This document shows positions 8,935 through 19,899 of a DNA stretch of 64,000 nucleotides, piece by piece (positions within the stretch are counted from its first letter, which is position 1; each line of letters opens with the position of its first letter). The stretch spans positions 1 to 64,000 of the forward strand of contig JAKMXF010000300.1 of the NCBI GenBank assembly GCA_024704765.1, read 5' to 3'. The notes under the pieces were generated by a model. The model saw only the letters and a list, made by a program, of their open reading frames with translations. It did no database searches and was not told the DNA's origin. Origin of the DNA: Oopsacas minuta. Taxonomy: Eukaryota; Animalia; Porifera. A program made the translations under genes and the position numbers.

Positions 8935-11900
8935 TCTAATATTAGAGGGAACTTAAATTCAGATATTGTAGGTTTAGCGTAGCTTCTATACATAAAGAGG
9001 GTAACTATATACTTATTCGAATAATTTTAATAATCTGCCAGTCCCATGAATTAAGTTAAGATCTCGAAAAGGCAATATATAATGGTTCAAACAATCTTTG
9101 AGTTTTCAATTTGGGATCGCGTTATGAAATTTTGGGATTGAAAACTCCTAGAACATTGCGTAGAACCTCAAGACAATTCCCAAACTTTTGAAACTACAAA
9201 ATATTGAAAAATAGTAATTATTACAAAATAACATACTTGATATCAAATTGACAAATTCAGCAACTGAATTACTTATCGACGAACAAATAATATTTATGTA
9301 TCAGGCATACTTTCACATTGTATAGAATTTGTAATCAAATATCCAAATTGATAATACGTTCATACTAGTAAAATCAATGATGAAATACAGCACATGGAAT
9401 GTACTAGTAAATCGATGAGTCATTATACACCCACAAAGTTTACCCACGAGGATATTTTGATTCAAAGTGGGGTAAAATACCAAATTATTTCAGATGAAAT
9501 ATCTAAAGTTCGAAATGTTAAGTTCTTGCCAAAATACTAGTTTACTCTATCTTGATACCATGTTCAGGTTTATCCCAAAGTTCGTGCCAATGTGAATGGT
9601 TCTTGCGATGTTCATGACATAAGTCAAAAGTTCGTGCCCAATGCCAAAATCTAAGAACTATGTTCTTGATTTGGCAACAATGAACCTAATCCCTAACATG
9701 CTATTGAATTGTATATATTAAGGTGAATTATTCACTCTAGAAAAAATCATATCTGAGGTGTGAATTTCCGATCTAAAATGTGTACCAAGTTAATGTTAAT
9801 CGGACTGCTAGATTTCGTAGGCCCGTACAGACGGAGGTAAGGACGTAGTACATCGTCCAGGCCATTAGGGAATCTCCCTATAAGAGTTGCACTAAAAGGA
9901 ATAATAAACTTTCTTTTGGAGGGAAATTCAATTATAAGTAATCGCTTGGTGATCGCCAATCTAGTTTGTTATCCAGTATTTTGGTTACTTAAACGAGAAG
10001 TTCGCTTTCAGTTTTGCACCCTCTTCCCAATTTATAAGGTTTCAAATCAATCTAGTGTATAACAACTCTATCACGTAGATTATTCAATAGTTTAGGAACA
10101 AAAGTAGTAATACTTAATAGCTACACATAATCTGCTATTTACAGTTTCTCCAACTACTAAAAACCTACTAATTCAAACTGAGCACCCGGCTCGTTTGTAC
10201 AAGCGATTGTTAAAAGTATAATATCCCATAGCATTGAATATACTCAATTTGAGTATTCAGAACTCAAGTATTAACAACATTACAATATTATTGTATTAAA
10301 GACGATAGACAAAATTCATACAATCCTCATGATATTACAGAAATTCAACAGTTTAAGAAATGTTTCCTTGCATGTACCTTGAGCCATGGTCTACTACGAT
10401 CTCCGTCATAACCTTCATAGATTGGAGTATAACGGATTGGAGTTATTCTATTCCTTACAAACTGCGTTGAACACTTCCAAACAATATTCAGGATGAAAGG
10501 GGAAATTATTAGGATTATACTAACACAACCAATGAATGGGGCAATATAATGGGTAATGTATTTGATACAATTTAAAATACGCGATTTCCAAATATCATCA
10601 ATTTCTATCGGAATTTTGTAGTTGTAAACAGTTTCAAAATAGCAATCGTTAACAAACAAAAGCCAGAAGATAGGGTCCGCGAAGTTTCCCATCAATACAA
10701 AAATCACTATCAGCAAGGCGAATGAGTAGATAATACTGAATACAACATACATCTTATATGAATCTCTGGTCTCTTTGTAATGCATTCGATCCCATTCATA
10801 ATTCACAATATCTCTTATTCTAGCTTTCAGAATGTAAACAAGTTGTTTACTTTCATATACGAAGTATACCCAGTTGATGAATGCGAGGGATGGAATAAGT
10901 AAATAGAAAAGAGGTAGTGTGTATACTGTACAACAAGCTAACAGAACAATTGCTTCAATGCACCAACAGACAGCATACCTTATCAAGGATGTACGAAGCG
11001 AATGCACATAGTACCGTTTCTTAAGAAATGTAGTGAGGATAGAAATGAGAGTTATTAAGCTGCATAGCATTATTCCTATAATTATAGGTAAGAATCTAGA
11101 TGCCGGATAATGGTAGTAATATCCCAAGGTCGGATGTACAGAACAATTCAGTGAAATCATTTCTATTTCTTCTATTACATAAGGATGTTTGATATTTATG
11201 TTAAAAACTGAAAGATACACAAATGTGTAACTAGCCATTACTATCTCATATGATAATATGAATATAATGAATAGACTTTTGATGAGAATCGTCTTTTGGT
11301 TATACAAAAGTTTGTATTTGACTATTGTATTTATCTGAAATGTATCTAACTTGCGAGTGTTTCTAAATTCTCTCAATTGATTCCTGAATTGTTTAATTGT
11401 AGCTCCGATATAATATGTTTGGAATAAAAGGAATAATATAATAACTACCACATATAAGATATCTTGTAGTTTGTAAATCAATTCCATGTTATATATTCAA
11501 TTGATATTATCAAATTTAACTTTAGTGTCCTTTATATAGTTCATTATTAAAATAGGTTAATGTATTTGGTATAATTCCCGTATCACATTTCCGGGTTTCT
11601 CATATATCTAATATATATTTGGTAATACTAATGTTTTCAATTACTATTTCATATTTCCTACTTGGTATTAATTTGTATATGATTAATACTAAGTTAGCAT
11701 TAGGTTGTTTAGTTTAGAATGCTTTCCCATGGGTTAATTTCTGATATCACTCATTTCAGGATCATAGATATGCTAATTGGCAGAGAGGGCGAGACAATAC
11801 AATATTTCTTCGCCGATCTTTCTATATAGATTCTATTATCGTTGTTAGTCCTGGAAAGCTTCTACATGGTGTCCTGTATCTATGATACAGGGGCGGTCCC

Positions 11901-12329
11901 AGGATTGTGCATAGCCCAAGACCAAGATTTCAAACCCGGGGCAAAATCTTATTATATAATATGGAGCGGTGGTCTTAGGATCTAGCAGAAGCGGTGTCAG
12001 AGGTAATCCTGTTACCCTGAACATTATTCACTAGGAAACCCTGTTTCTCCGAGTGCTTCCCCTTGCAACACTTAGCAACATGTACGCGGGTCAAGTAACT
12101 TCCAGCCACCTCGTAGGTCCAAGATCCAACGACAATCCAATGAAAACCGCACAGGCTATCTTAATAGTGAGTTAGAAATGCTCATATTCTGGGCTAAATG
12201 CTATCTAGTTAGATAATACAATCTGATCATTTATTTAGCCTTGTTAACTGATTATGATAAAATTACGCTACAAAGCCTACAATGCAACTGTGCATGAATT
12301 TTCAAAATAATGTAAGAGTCACAGAGGGT
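8932..12329 (+). repeat. Segment B, copy 2
   Basis: Direct match to 4185-7580. Confidence 0.95.
10345..11487 (-). CDS. Orphan seven-transmembrane protein, copy 2 (380 aa, 33 aa differences from copy 1)
   Basis: Same length and topology as copy 1; the first 68 residues are identical. Confidence 0.85.
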   Translation of the reverse strand: MELIYKLQDILYVVVIILFLLFQTYYIGATIKQFRNQLREFRNTRKLDTFQINTIVKYKLLYNQKTILIKSLFIIFILSYEIVMASYTFVYLSVFNINIKHPYVIEEIEMISLNCSVHPTLGYYYHYPASRFLPIIIGIMLCSLITLISILTTFLKKRYYVHSLRTSLIRYAVCWCIEAIVLLACCTVYTLPLFYLLIPSLAFINWVYFVYESKQLVYILKARIRDIVNYEWDRMHYKETRDSYKMYVVFSIIYSFALLIVIFVLMGNFADPIFWLLFVNDCYFETVYNYKIPIEIDDIWKSRILNCIKYITHYIAPFIGCVSIILIISPFILNIVWKCSTQFVRNRITPIRYTPIYEGYDGDRSRPWLKVHARKHFLNC

Positions 12330-13783
12330 ATTTGGCACATATCACTATTAATCAAAATTTTCTGAACAGGGGAGAGATTAGGGGCTAAGAGATCGACGCC
12401 CTTGGCTGTTTACTCTTGTGATATTGGCAAAATCGACATAGAGATATTCCCAATTTCTTAGTTAAGATTTAAGAATTAAATTGGCCAATTAAAGTGATAA
12501 ATACAAATTTGAAGGAAATAATAAACACAAATTATTCTCATTTCATAGAAGAAAATAATGAATATATTACACATAAATTACACAATATAGTTACCATTAA
12601 ACATATATTCTCTCCGGATAGACTGATGTTGGTGAACACGCTTTCTCAAGGAATGGAACCTCATAATTCTTCTTTTGGTCCTTTGTTGTGAATAAACGAA
12701 ACTTCTCAGTAAATGAGAAGTTTCGATTATTAACATCAAATATATAAATTATGAGTTGTATAAAATGAATTCAAACTAGATGTGAAGAAAATCCCAAATT
12801 CTATTGAGTGTACTGAGTACACAAACTGAAATATTTCTCAAACAAATTGAATTACATTATCTAGATATAAAGATATGATTCTACTGTTAAAAGAAATATT
12901 TCTGTTTGTGTAATCTGTACATCTCAAGAAAACAATATATTTCCTTATATACAATACTCTGAGAATAACTAGTAATACGATACACAAAGTTACAAACTGA
13001 TAAGCCTTAAAATTACATTTTCTTGTTAATTCAGGGTTCGAAATTCAGTCACAAGAGATTCCTAATGATGCATGATGTTAACATTATGTAGTCTCGTGTA
13101 AAGACATGCGAAAAAGTGTTTTGATTGAATATTTTGATCACTATAATATAATCATTATCCAGCTAATCAAAGCAGCTATCGACATTTCTATTTATCTATT
13201 CAAATCATAATATCATAGATGATCCTTATGAAATTGAGCGACGAGAAAATTCACTTGAATTCCAATCTCTGTGGTGATGTATTAATAATAAACGTATTAT
13301 GCATTATCTACAGTAAAATATTGAGTAATAGCGCTCGACAATCTTTGATGGCTTGGTGGTAAGGAGTATTAGGCATTAACCATAATTTTCCATAAAAATC
13401 ACAATAAAATAATCACCAATAACTAATAACAATAATATTGCTCTGAAATTTGATTGTAACAAATGTAATGTCCTGTATAGTCAACCAATATTGACTCTAT
13501 ACCAAGTTAGGCCAGTGTGTTATAGTTCATATCTCGAAAATCGTTAGTTCTATTGATATTATATCTATTATTGCTAAATAGGAAGTGATATATGGGGATT
13601 TAGTTGGTTATATTGGCATAGTTGATGCCAATATGAGCATTTGGAGTTTGAAAATGAAATTTGACAACAGCCGGTTACTAAATCGAATGTCGCCCCTGAT
13701 TTGAAATTCATATTGTAACTAGTCTAGTATAACTCAAGGAATAAATACACGCATTAATCATATGTACATACAATAATACATAA

Positions 13784-14689
13784 TTACATATTAGCATTAC
13801 AATTTCTTCTAAATGGGTATTTCAGTATATTAATTTTCTTATCACCATTATGTGAAGCTACTATCAGCATTTGTTGGTTAGGAAGATATAGGATTCCGTG
13901 AGAAAATAGTGGAGATGGTATCTTACAAATGTTTCCATTCAAGTTTAATGAAATAATATAATGTTCAGGTCCAGAATGAGTTGTCAGTAGAAATGTGCTC
14001 GAACTGATATATGTAATAAAACTGAATATTTCTGCAGGTTTAGGGGTGATTTTAATCTCTCTCTGTCTTGAACCAGATAAAGAATAAACTAGCACAGATT
14101 TGGTATATTTCAATAATATCACGAGGGAGGATTTTATAACTTTAACGTCAATAGGATTATCTAGTTTTCCTTTTCCTATTGTCGATAGAAATGCTAGCTC
14201 ACTGGTAAATACACGTATCCTTTTGGCTGCTGCATCTGCTATATAAATATTCCCCTGTGAGTCACAATCCATTCCCCGAGGAGAAATAAAATCCAATTGA
14301 CCCACACCCGCTCCACCGATTTTAATAACGTTGTATTCCGTAACAACAAGTAGAGCACATAGCTGTATATCTGTTATCAATATAGCATCATTCTCAACGA
14401 TAATAGCCCAAGGTGATATGATTAATTCAGGGGTTATTGAAGTGATGAAGTCTCCATTTATGTTAAACACCTGTATACGATATGGATCACATACATACAA
14501 GATGTCTCTATTATTTGATTGTATGGTTAAGCCTGTAGGAGCGGATAAAGTATCTTTAGCGAATAACTTCCTGCCGAACCAACAACGATGCTTTTCATCT
14601 CTACCGAATGAATATTCTTTGTCAGAATATATACGTAAATCGTCGGTTTGTTTGCGTTTAACTTCGTATGTAAGATGTTTTGAAAACAT
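13784..14689 (-). CDS. NHL-repeat (6-bladed beta-propeller) protein, 301 aa
   Basis: NHL blades: APTGLTI..ILYVCD..RIQVFN..GDFITSI; SPRGMDCDSQGNIYIADAAAKRIRVFT; LDNPIDVKV. Confidence 0.88.
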   Translation of the reverse strand: MFSKHLTYEVKRKQTDDLRIYSDKEYSFGRDEKHRCWFGRKLFAKDTLSAPTGLTIQSNNRDILYVCDPYRIQVFNINGDFITSITPELIISPWAIIVENDAILITDIQLCALLVVTEYNVIKIGGAGVGQLDFISPRGMDCDSQGNIYIADAAAKRIRVFTSELAFLSTIGKGKLDNPIDVKVIKSSLVILLKYTKSVLVYSLSGSRQREIKITPKPAEIFSFITYISSSTFLLTTHSGPEHYIISLNLNGNICKIPSPLFSHGILYLPNQQMLIVASHNGDKKINILKYPFRRNCNANM

Positions 14690-14933
14690 TTCTAGTTTAG
14701 TATATGGTTTTACATGGATTCTCAGTATACACAGGATTTACCAGCATTTCGATTAACACGAGATTAATGCCGGATAAATGTTCAAATGGAGGGGGCTCAA
14801 AACGGCAAATATTTCGGTACATCAGGACTCGCGTAACCCGACGGAGTCGGTTTCATGTCTTACACGAAACATCAAATTCTTGTTGTACGTTACAATCCTG
14901 AACATACATACACTTTCTGTATATTAATACATA

Positions 14934-15555
14934 CTAGCGCACTTCGCTTGCTAGGTCGCTGCGCGACAGCATAGTCTTCCAGGTTAGCTTAAGTATTAAA
15001 TACTAAATTTATAGTGTTAATGGTCATTACTCAACAGAATATACACGGCACTACGTGCCTCGAATTCACAAAATATTTTAATTATATTATCCATGGTCCG
15101 TCCAAATTACATTCAATGGTCTAGTGTGGTGACAGTGGAGATGATATGTCGCTTTTGGTTAGTAATCTCGGCACTTTGTGCCTCGGGTATTGAGAAATTC
15201 TGAAATTTTTGAAATTTGGATATTTTGTACAGTAATGAGTTAGCTTTTGGCCAGAATCATGACGTCAGGACATTTGTCACATTGAGGAATACCTGTGAAT
15301 CAAATTTCATACTTATATCATGTATATTGGCTGAGCAATGGTTAATAATATGATTTTTCGAAAATCCCAAAAACTGACAATAACGTCATAATTTCGTCAT
15401 AAGTGTGAATTTTCGTCCAAGACTCGAAAATCTGCGAGCCAGGCCCAAAATACCCTGCATGCCAAAAATCAGCCTTGGAGGTACTCCAGTTTCTTCAATC
15501 AATTCTGGACATACAAACACATATACACAGATTAATTGCGTTTTAATAATATAGA
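14934..15555 (-). mobile_element. Non-autonomous Helitron (622 bp)
   Basis: On the minus strand: 5' A|TCTATATTATTAAAACGC followed by a TG/TA-rich microsatellite-like stretch (Lep1-like layout), 3' hairpin GTCGC-GCA-GCGAC (14955-14967), terminal CTAG|T, inserted between A and T with no TSD. Confidence 0.8.
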
Positions 15556-15779
15556 TTATACATAAAGAGTTACATATACATATATATGTTCTAACTGATG
15601 CCCAAATAGTGGAAATGACTCATAAACGACAAACCACCAACAAAATATTGAGTAAACGAAAAATAATAGACAACTACTGTATGAAAAGTAGCAGTTTGTA
15701 AATATTATACATTATAAAACGTAAATAAACTCATCTAAGACACAAGAATCGGGATATATTACAAGTTACAACAAATTTA

Positions 15780-16200
15780 AGTAGTATCCTACAATCTTTG
15801 CTATCATTACTACAATGATTCTATTTTGCCTATCAATAACTATTCCAGAAGTTTTATCAAATTTTTGATCCTTGGTAGCATATCACTTGTGATAATGTGT
15901 ATTAGTTCTCCTGCGTTGGAGAATATCTTCATTTGATTTCCATAACAATCAACTACGACAACGTATATAGATTCTTTCCAATACTTCCCTAAATTCGTTA
16001 CTTGTGAGGTCTGTCTGTAGATATTCTCAAGCTGTGTTCAGTTCCTGTAAGTGCTTTATCTTCCCTGCTAACTCTTGTCTCGCTTGCTTAACAATATCAT
16101 CTAACTATTGTATATTCTGTGTTCCCTCACTGCTAGCAAACTGTGTAGTTGCTGGAAGTAACTGCACACACTCCCGTTCTCTAGAAGCAAAACTACTGTA
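15780..16200 (-). pseudogene. Degraded coiled-coil + NHL gene (internally deleted)
   Basis: Minus-strand LDDIVKQARQELAGKIKHLQELNTA*EYLQTDLTSNEFREVLERI, then VVVDCYGNQMKIFSNAGELIHIITSDMLP / DQKFDKTSGIVIDRQNRIIV, with stops and frameshifts. Confidence 0.6.
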
Positions 16201-16562
16201 TAATCTACAAGTATATCTACAAAGTATAAACCAAGATGATTGCAACCGAATTTTCAGTTTCGTATCAGCACTGGACAAGGCAGCTATAATTCATAAAACT
16301 GATATCCACTAGACAATATGCTAACGAATGCTCTAATGTTTATGCTCTGTGAGGCGATAATTTATATATTTCACCGCTGTATATTTCACATATTTGGATC
16401 TAGGATATCTTCATCCAAAAAAGTCAAAAGATCTCAAAATGTTATGCCCAACTATCAAACAGGTTAAAATCAAATTGTATAGCTACTTCTATACCTTGAA
16501 AAAGAAATTCTGAAATTTTTCATTATAAGATAGATATCTCTGACCCATCACAACGAAATGTT

Positions 16563-16665
16563 GAAAAAATCATACCCGAGGTGCAATCTCCGATCTAAAA
16601 TGTATATATGGACCAATTTTCATGTGAATCGGACTAGTAGATTTCTATAGGAGCTACACTAAAAA
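16563..16665. repeat. Shorter copy of the dispersed repeat at 4943-5100
   Basis: Shared blocks listed for 4943-5100, ending TATAGGAGCTACACTAAAAA. Confidence 0.6.
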
Positions 16666-16828
16666 GACCTGATATGATATGACATGCAAGTCCAGTTATT
16701 AATATCAGTGTGAATCAGGCGAGATCCTATACCATAACATATAACATTAGCGAAAATGGGCGAATTCTTGTAAAATACTGAACGTAAAATGCATGTTAAT
16801 TGAGAAACAAGTTGAAAAGAGATTGTAA

Positions 16829-17995
16829 TCAGAAATTTTGCACTTTAATCTTACGCAACATTTTGTAATATCTCCCTCTTATCCTAAATAATCCTAAATA
16901 CTTCCTCTGAGGAGTTAACCTAAAATTAACTCCACTCACATTTCTTGTCTTATAATTCTTCCGTTTATAATACAAAGCCATTTTCTTGAATTTATCTTCA
17001 TAACTGATTGCCTGTAACTCATCTCTATCTGTATCATTCGAAATAAATTCAGAAATACAAGACACTGTAAGGCTAGTTAATCTCACTCCAAGATTAATTT
17101 CTCCAATTAACTGCAAATCAATTCTCGTAGCATCTTTTAAGTACCATACTTTAACTTTACCATCTGTGGAACTTGAGAATAAGAATGGTAAAGTTCCTTT
17201 AAGTGATTTAACTCTATTTTCATGTGCTTCAAACTCACTCTCATTTGTTACAAACTTGTCAATAGTAACAATCTTAATAAAATCAATTTCTCCACCAAAT
17301 GCCAACATATTCTTGCTCAAAAACATAACACAATTAATTTCTACATTATCCCTCAGGTGTAAGCTGCATACAGCATCCATACTATGCATACCGTATAGAG
17401 ATAGAGTGTTTGAGTGAACTAGTGCGTACATATCTCCACAAGGAGAACATTCTATTTCAACAGGTCTATCTTTCAGCTTCATACTGTAAGCACAACGTGC
17501 TGTTCTCAAATCACACAAGGCTAATATAGAATCACTCGGACTGATTGCAAATAATAACTTTTCACTAGGATGAACTGAAAAATATGTGAATGATTTTCCC
17601 TTCTCTCCAAGAGCTAGAGTCCTTATAGGTCTCCAGCTATGAGTATCCCATACTATCAAATCTCCATCTTCTGATAAACTTATCAGGTGAGAAGATGGTA
17701 GGAATTGCATATGTTGTATCTTAGACAGGTGTTGATGTAGTGTACCTACTTCTCTCAATGTCTCAAGGTTGTATAAGTTAATGACGTCATCGATACCAGC
17801 AGTAGCCAGCTGTGGCCAGCTGCTTGACAACACTTTGATATGTGTGGAATGTGCTCGTTCAACGAATTGCTGTACAAGGGTAGATTTATAAGTGTTTGGT
17901 GAGTCGCTATTGTTCTCTATAAGAGCTGACATACCGTAGATATAGCCATCATAAGAGCCTGCTACTACGTCATAAAGATAAGATTTATCTGTCAT
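16829..17995 (-). CDS. PAK1IP1: p21-activated kinase-interacting protein 1 / Mak11 (WD40, 60S biogenesis), intronless
   Basis: VVAGSY, AHST.I, DDVINLYNL..REVGTL.QH, HLISLSEDG.L.VWD, FEAHENRVK, SS.DG.VKVW, EIN.G.RLTSL. Likely start is the ATG at 17995 (the ORF-track start at 18037 is a TTG). Confidence 0.88.
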   Translation of the reverse strand: MTDKSYLYDVVAGSYDGYIYGMSALIENNSDSPNTYKSTLVQQFVERAHSTHIKVLSSSWPQLATAGIDDVINLYNLETLREVGTLHQHLSKIQHMQFLPSSHLISLSEDGDLIVWDTHSWRPIRTLALGEKGKSFTYFSVHPSEKLLFAISPSDSILALCDLRTARCAYSMKLKDRPVEIECSPCGDMYALVHSNTLSLYGMHSMDAVCSLHLRDNVEINCVMFLSKNMLAFGGEIDFIKIVTIDKFVTNESEFEAHENRVKSLKGTLPFLFSSSTDGKVKVWYLKDATRIDLQLIGEINLGVRLTSLTVSCISEFISNDTDRDELQAISYEDKFKKMALYYKRKNYKTRNVSGVNFRLTPQRKYLGLFRIRGRYYKMLRKIKVQNF

Positions 17996-18134
17996 TCTAA
18001 ATTTCAAAGATAATTTTTGTAATAATTGAAGAACCAATCAATTTTGTTTCTTAGAATTTGAATAGAAATACAGTAAAATATATATTCCTAATTCAGGTTT
18101 AAAGAAATACATTTTATAACGAAAAATATTAAAT

Positions 18135-18932
18135 ATGCTAGTAAGTTATTTGAATATTTTAAAACAGAGGGTTACCTCTTACAAGAAATCTCTCAACGAA
18201 ATAAGCTTAAGTGACATTATCCACTTTCTAGATGTTTGGGGAAAGAGATTGGCGTTTTATTGCGGTTTCTACTGCTCAATGGGGATATTCCTAATTCTAC
18301 ACATTTTGGTGTTCATGTGCATTGCGTGGCAATACCCGCTACCACTAAACGCAGGGTATAATCTCGGTTATACCAACTATCCAAACAGTAAATTCCACCT
18401 TTCATCAAGCCCAGAAAAACTGGAGTTAACTTTACAGAATGGAACTTTACTCACAAATGGCGGTTATAGTTTTGAAACAATATCTGAATTTGTAAATGAT
18501 ACAAAATCAACAAACTGCACTTGTTCTTACAATAAGAATTCTAATAAAAAGTGTGTGCTAGTTTCTCTAAATAAAGTTATCCTATGGAAACCTCAACTAG
18601 TGGATTTGAAGCTGGCATTTCAAGATTATCTACCCTTAGATTGTAATATAACATCACAGCATTATAACCTAACAGTATCAACTTGTGCACCAGGAATTCC
18701 TCTCTCACTTAACAACACAAATGGTAGGAGTTATCCGTTCATCAGTCAGCCCAACTATATAAAACCTAAATTAGCTGTAGAGATAGATTTCTCTAATTAT
18801 TCTATGGACACAGGGATTAGTGCTGGACAGAACTTGAAGTTTGAAATGGATTGTCAGCTCAGGGCTTGTGCTGGAATCAGCTCTATACACTGTCCTATTA
18901 CACTATATATGCCCATCAGTATTAGTACATGA
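18135..18932 (+). CDS. Uncharacterised single-pass (type II) membrane glycoprotein, 265 aa
   Basis: One hydrophobic stretch (about aa 40-66), then a Cys-containing region with seven N-X-S/T sequons. No family recognised. Confidence 0.7.
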   Translation: MLVSYLNILKQRVTSYKKSLNEISLSDIIHFLDVWGKRLAFYCGFYCSMGIFLILHILVFMCIAWQYPLPLNAGYNLGYTNYPNSKFHLSSSPEKLELTLQNGTLLTNGGYSFETISEFVNDTKSTNCTCSYNKNSNKKCVLVSLNKVILWKPQLVDLKLAFQDYLPLDCNITSQHYNLTVSTCAPGIPLSLNNTNGRSYPFISQPNYIKPKLAVEIDFSNYSMDTGISAGQNLKFEMDCQLRACAGISSIHCPITLYMPISIST

Positions 18933-19255
18933 CTCATGCTTTATAATTCGATCATATACCATTATTGTTCGAGATAATATTTTCATCACTGTGGGGGAAT
19001 ACATGTACATAATGATAATTTGAATTTCCTAAAAATTTCGAATATATCATGCAAAGAAAGTACTCGAGATATAGCTAAAATATTGTATGTGTAAACTAGA
19101 ATAATTGAGAACAGATCAAAAGTACCAATGATACAAGAATTAATCATAGCTATAATTCATCTATACTCTACTAGTGACAGACCCAAACTAACTAGATAAG
19201 TAGTAAAATAACACGGTATCAGAAGAACTAAACGTTACATATGTTCACAGCTGTG

Positions 19256-19735
19256 TTAGACCTCATCTTTAGATGCCTCGTCAAAGTTTTCTAGAAGTTC
19301 TGGGATGTCTTCGTTTGAGGGGACTATTGTCCCAGGTGTTCCAGAAGCATTTTCTGAGGCAGCGTAAGTTTTCCTTAAATTCGCCATATCCTGCTGGTTG
19401 CCTACTAAATGCTGTATTAGACTGGGCAGCATTTCTGCAATAGGCTTTTCTTCAGCAGCACCGCATACAGTAAATGTATTTGATGAGAGTGCAGCTTGTA
19501 CTTTTGGGTTAGAAAAGTGTAGGACTTTTCCATCCTCTTTGATCATATTAACTTCTTCTATTCCCGGTATTGCATTCACACCGACTTTTTTGAGGTTTTG
19601 TTGAAGCTTCTTTTCATCAGTTACAGTTGTTTTGTGGAGTGTTTTCTTTTTGCGACGTGCAGTTCCCTTCCCTCCCATCCTCACGTTTTTAGCCTGAGCT
19701 TGTAGTCTACTGATTTTGTCTTCTCGACTCTCCAT
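19256..19735 (-). CDS. BTF3: Nascent polypeptide-associated complex beta subunit (BTF3/BTF3L4), intronless
   Basis: VRMGGKGTARRKKK, DEKKLQ..LKK.GVN.IPGIEEVNM, HF.NPKVQA...NTF, EDIPELLENFDEASK. Confidence 0.97.
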   Translation of the reverse strand: MESREDKISRLQAQAKNVRMGGKGTARRKKKTLHKTTVTDEKKLQQNLKKVGVNAIPGIEEVNMIKEDGKVLHFSNPKVQAALSSNTFTVCGAAEEKPIAEMLPSLIQHLVGNQQDMANLRKTYAASENASGTPGTIVPSNEDIPELLENFDEASKDEV

Positions 19736-19899
19736 CTTTTCGCAGAGAATATAATTATAATTGACTCAAGAAAAAGGTAGATTATACACCAATTATAAAT
19801 TATCTAGAAAAATATGAATAATTCAAAGTCTGATTTACAAAATTATAATTCGAGAAAAGTCAATAAAATTAATAATTTTCACCAATTTTAACAAAACAA

